DNA of 64,000 bases, taken from positions 128,001 to 192,000 of the forward strand of contig CAXXHG010000021.1 in NCBI GenBank assembly GCA_963666315.2. The letters are read 5' to 3'. Shown here in pieces: positions 63,402 to 64,000 of this stretch. The notes beneath the pieces were generated by a model. That model worked only from the letters and a program-made list of their open reading frames with translations. It was not told where the DNA came from and made no database searches. The DNA is from Candidatus Binatia bacterium. Lineage in GTDB: Bacteria; Desulfobacterota; Binatia; Bin18. A program made the position numbers and the translations under genes. The first letter of the stretch is position 1, and each line of letters opens with the position of its first letter.

Positions 63402-64000
63402 TTAGCCTTGATCCAGTGGCATTCGCACATGGTATTGCTGCCGACCGCGTCCAATAGAGAGTAGGACGTTTTGTTTCAGACGGACGTCTATAATTTTCCG
63501 GCGGAAGTCATCCCGCGTATGTATCTGGATTCCGGCCAGACCGATGATCTGGTCTCCCCGTTCTAACCCAATCCGCACGGCTGGACTGCTGCGTCGGAGC
63601 TGTCCAATCTGAAGACCGTACGGCGTTTCTTTGACGTGAAAACCAAGCAGCCGCCACATCAGGTCGTCGGCTTTTTCAAACGGAAAGCGGGCCGCCGTAA
63701 CGGTGAGGGTATCTTCTTTTTCCTGGCGGATAATACGGAAGCGCAGGCTGTCTCCACTTTGGTAGCCCCGCTCGCGCTGTCGATATTCCTCGCTGGAACG
63801 TATCGTTTTGTCGTTGAGGCTGATGATCACATCTCCCCGCTGAAATCCGGCGCGCGAGGCCGGGCTGGCGGCTTCAACAGTCCGCACCAGGACGCCTTTA
63901 TTATTGTTCAAAGAGAAATGAAATGCCAAATCGGGAGTCAAGGTCTGTACGACTAACCCGACCCACGGTGACTCAACCGTCCCGTGGCTGATCAACTCTT
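63402..64000 (-). CDS. HtrA/DegP-like protease, C-terminal tandem PDZ domains (partial)
   Basis: PWVGLVVQTLTPDLA, SPASRAGFQRGDVI, SPAVRIGLERGDQI. Confidence 0.85.
   Translation of the reverse strand, partial: ELISHGTVESPWVGLVVQTLTPDLAFHFSLNNNKGVLVRTVEAASPASRAGFQRGDVIISLNDKTIRSSEEYRQRERGYQSGDSLRFRIIRQEKEDTLTVTAARFPFEKADDLMWRLLGFHVKETPYGLQIGQLRRSSPAVRIGLERGDQIIGLAGIQIHTRDDFRRKIIDVRLKQNVLLSIGRGRQQYHVRMPLDQG

Overview
A 64-kb accessory and metabolic stretch of a diderm bacterium, mid-50s % GC by eye. The gene mix (three DUF1329-type secreted proteins, a TonB receptor, F420-dependent LLM and Ddn enzymes, a STAND adenylate/guanylate cyclase, many flavin monooxygenases) is suggestive of Binatia or Tectomicrobia-like lineages; this is inference only. 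Most genes are redox or catabolic enzymes. cysE, ligA and a partial HtrA-like protease are the housekeeping genes. Roughly a quarter of loci are damaged by frameshifts, nonsense codons or large internal deletions that leave only the gene ends, including an SNF2 + type III R-M defence locus. Highlights are: (1) an unannotated AhpD-like selenoprotein with an in-frame UGA in a CxxU motif and a SECIS-like hairpin; (2) a decaying multidomain gene joining cytochrome-c-like, copper type II monooxygenase, propeller and tandem-repeat modules; (3) TA-flanked MITE-like elements in which different inverted-repeat shells carry shared palindromic cargo; (4) a single-chain triple-RidA protein with one catalytic Arg; (5) a promoter-to-terminator ~78-nt RNA upstream of ligA; (6) a heptamer repeat frameshift in an amidase. 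No rRNA, tRNA, CRISPR array or intact transposase was seen. All family calls come from motif recognition, without database searches.
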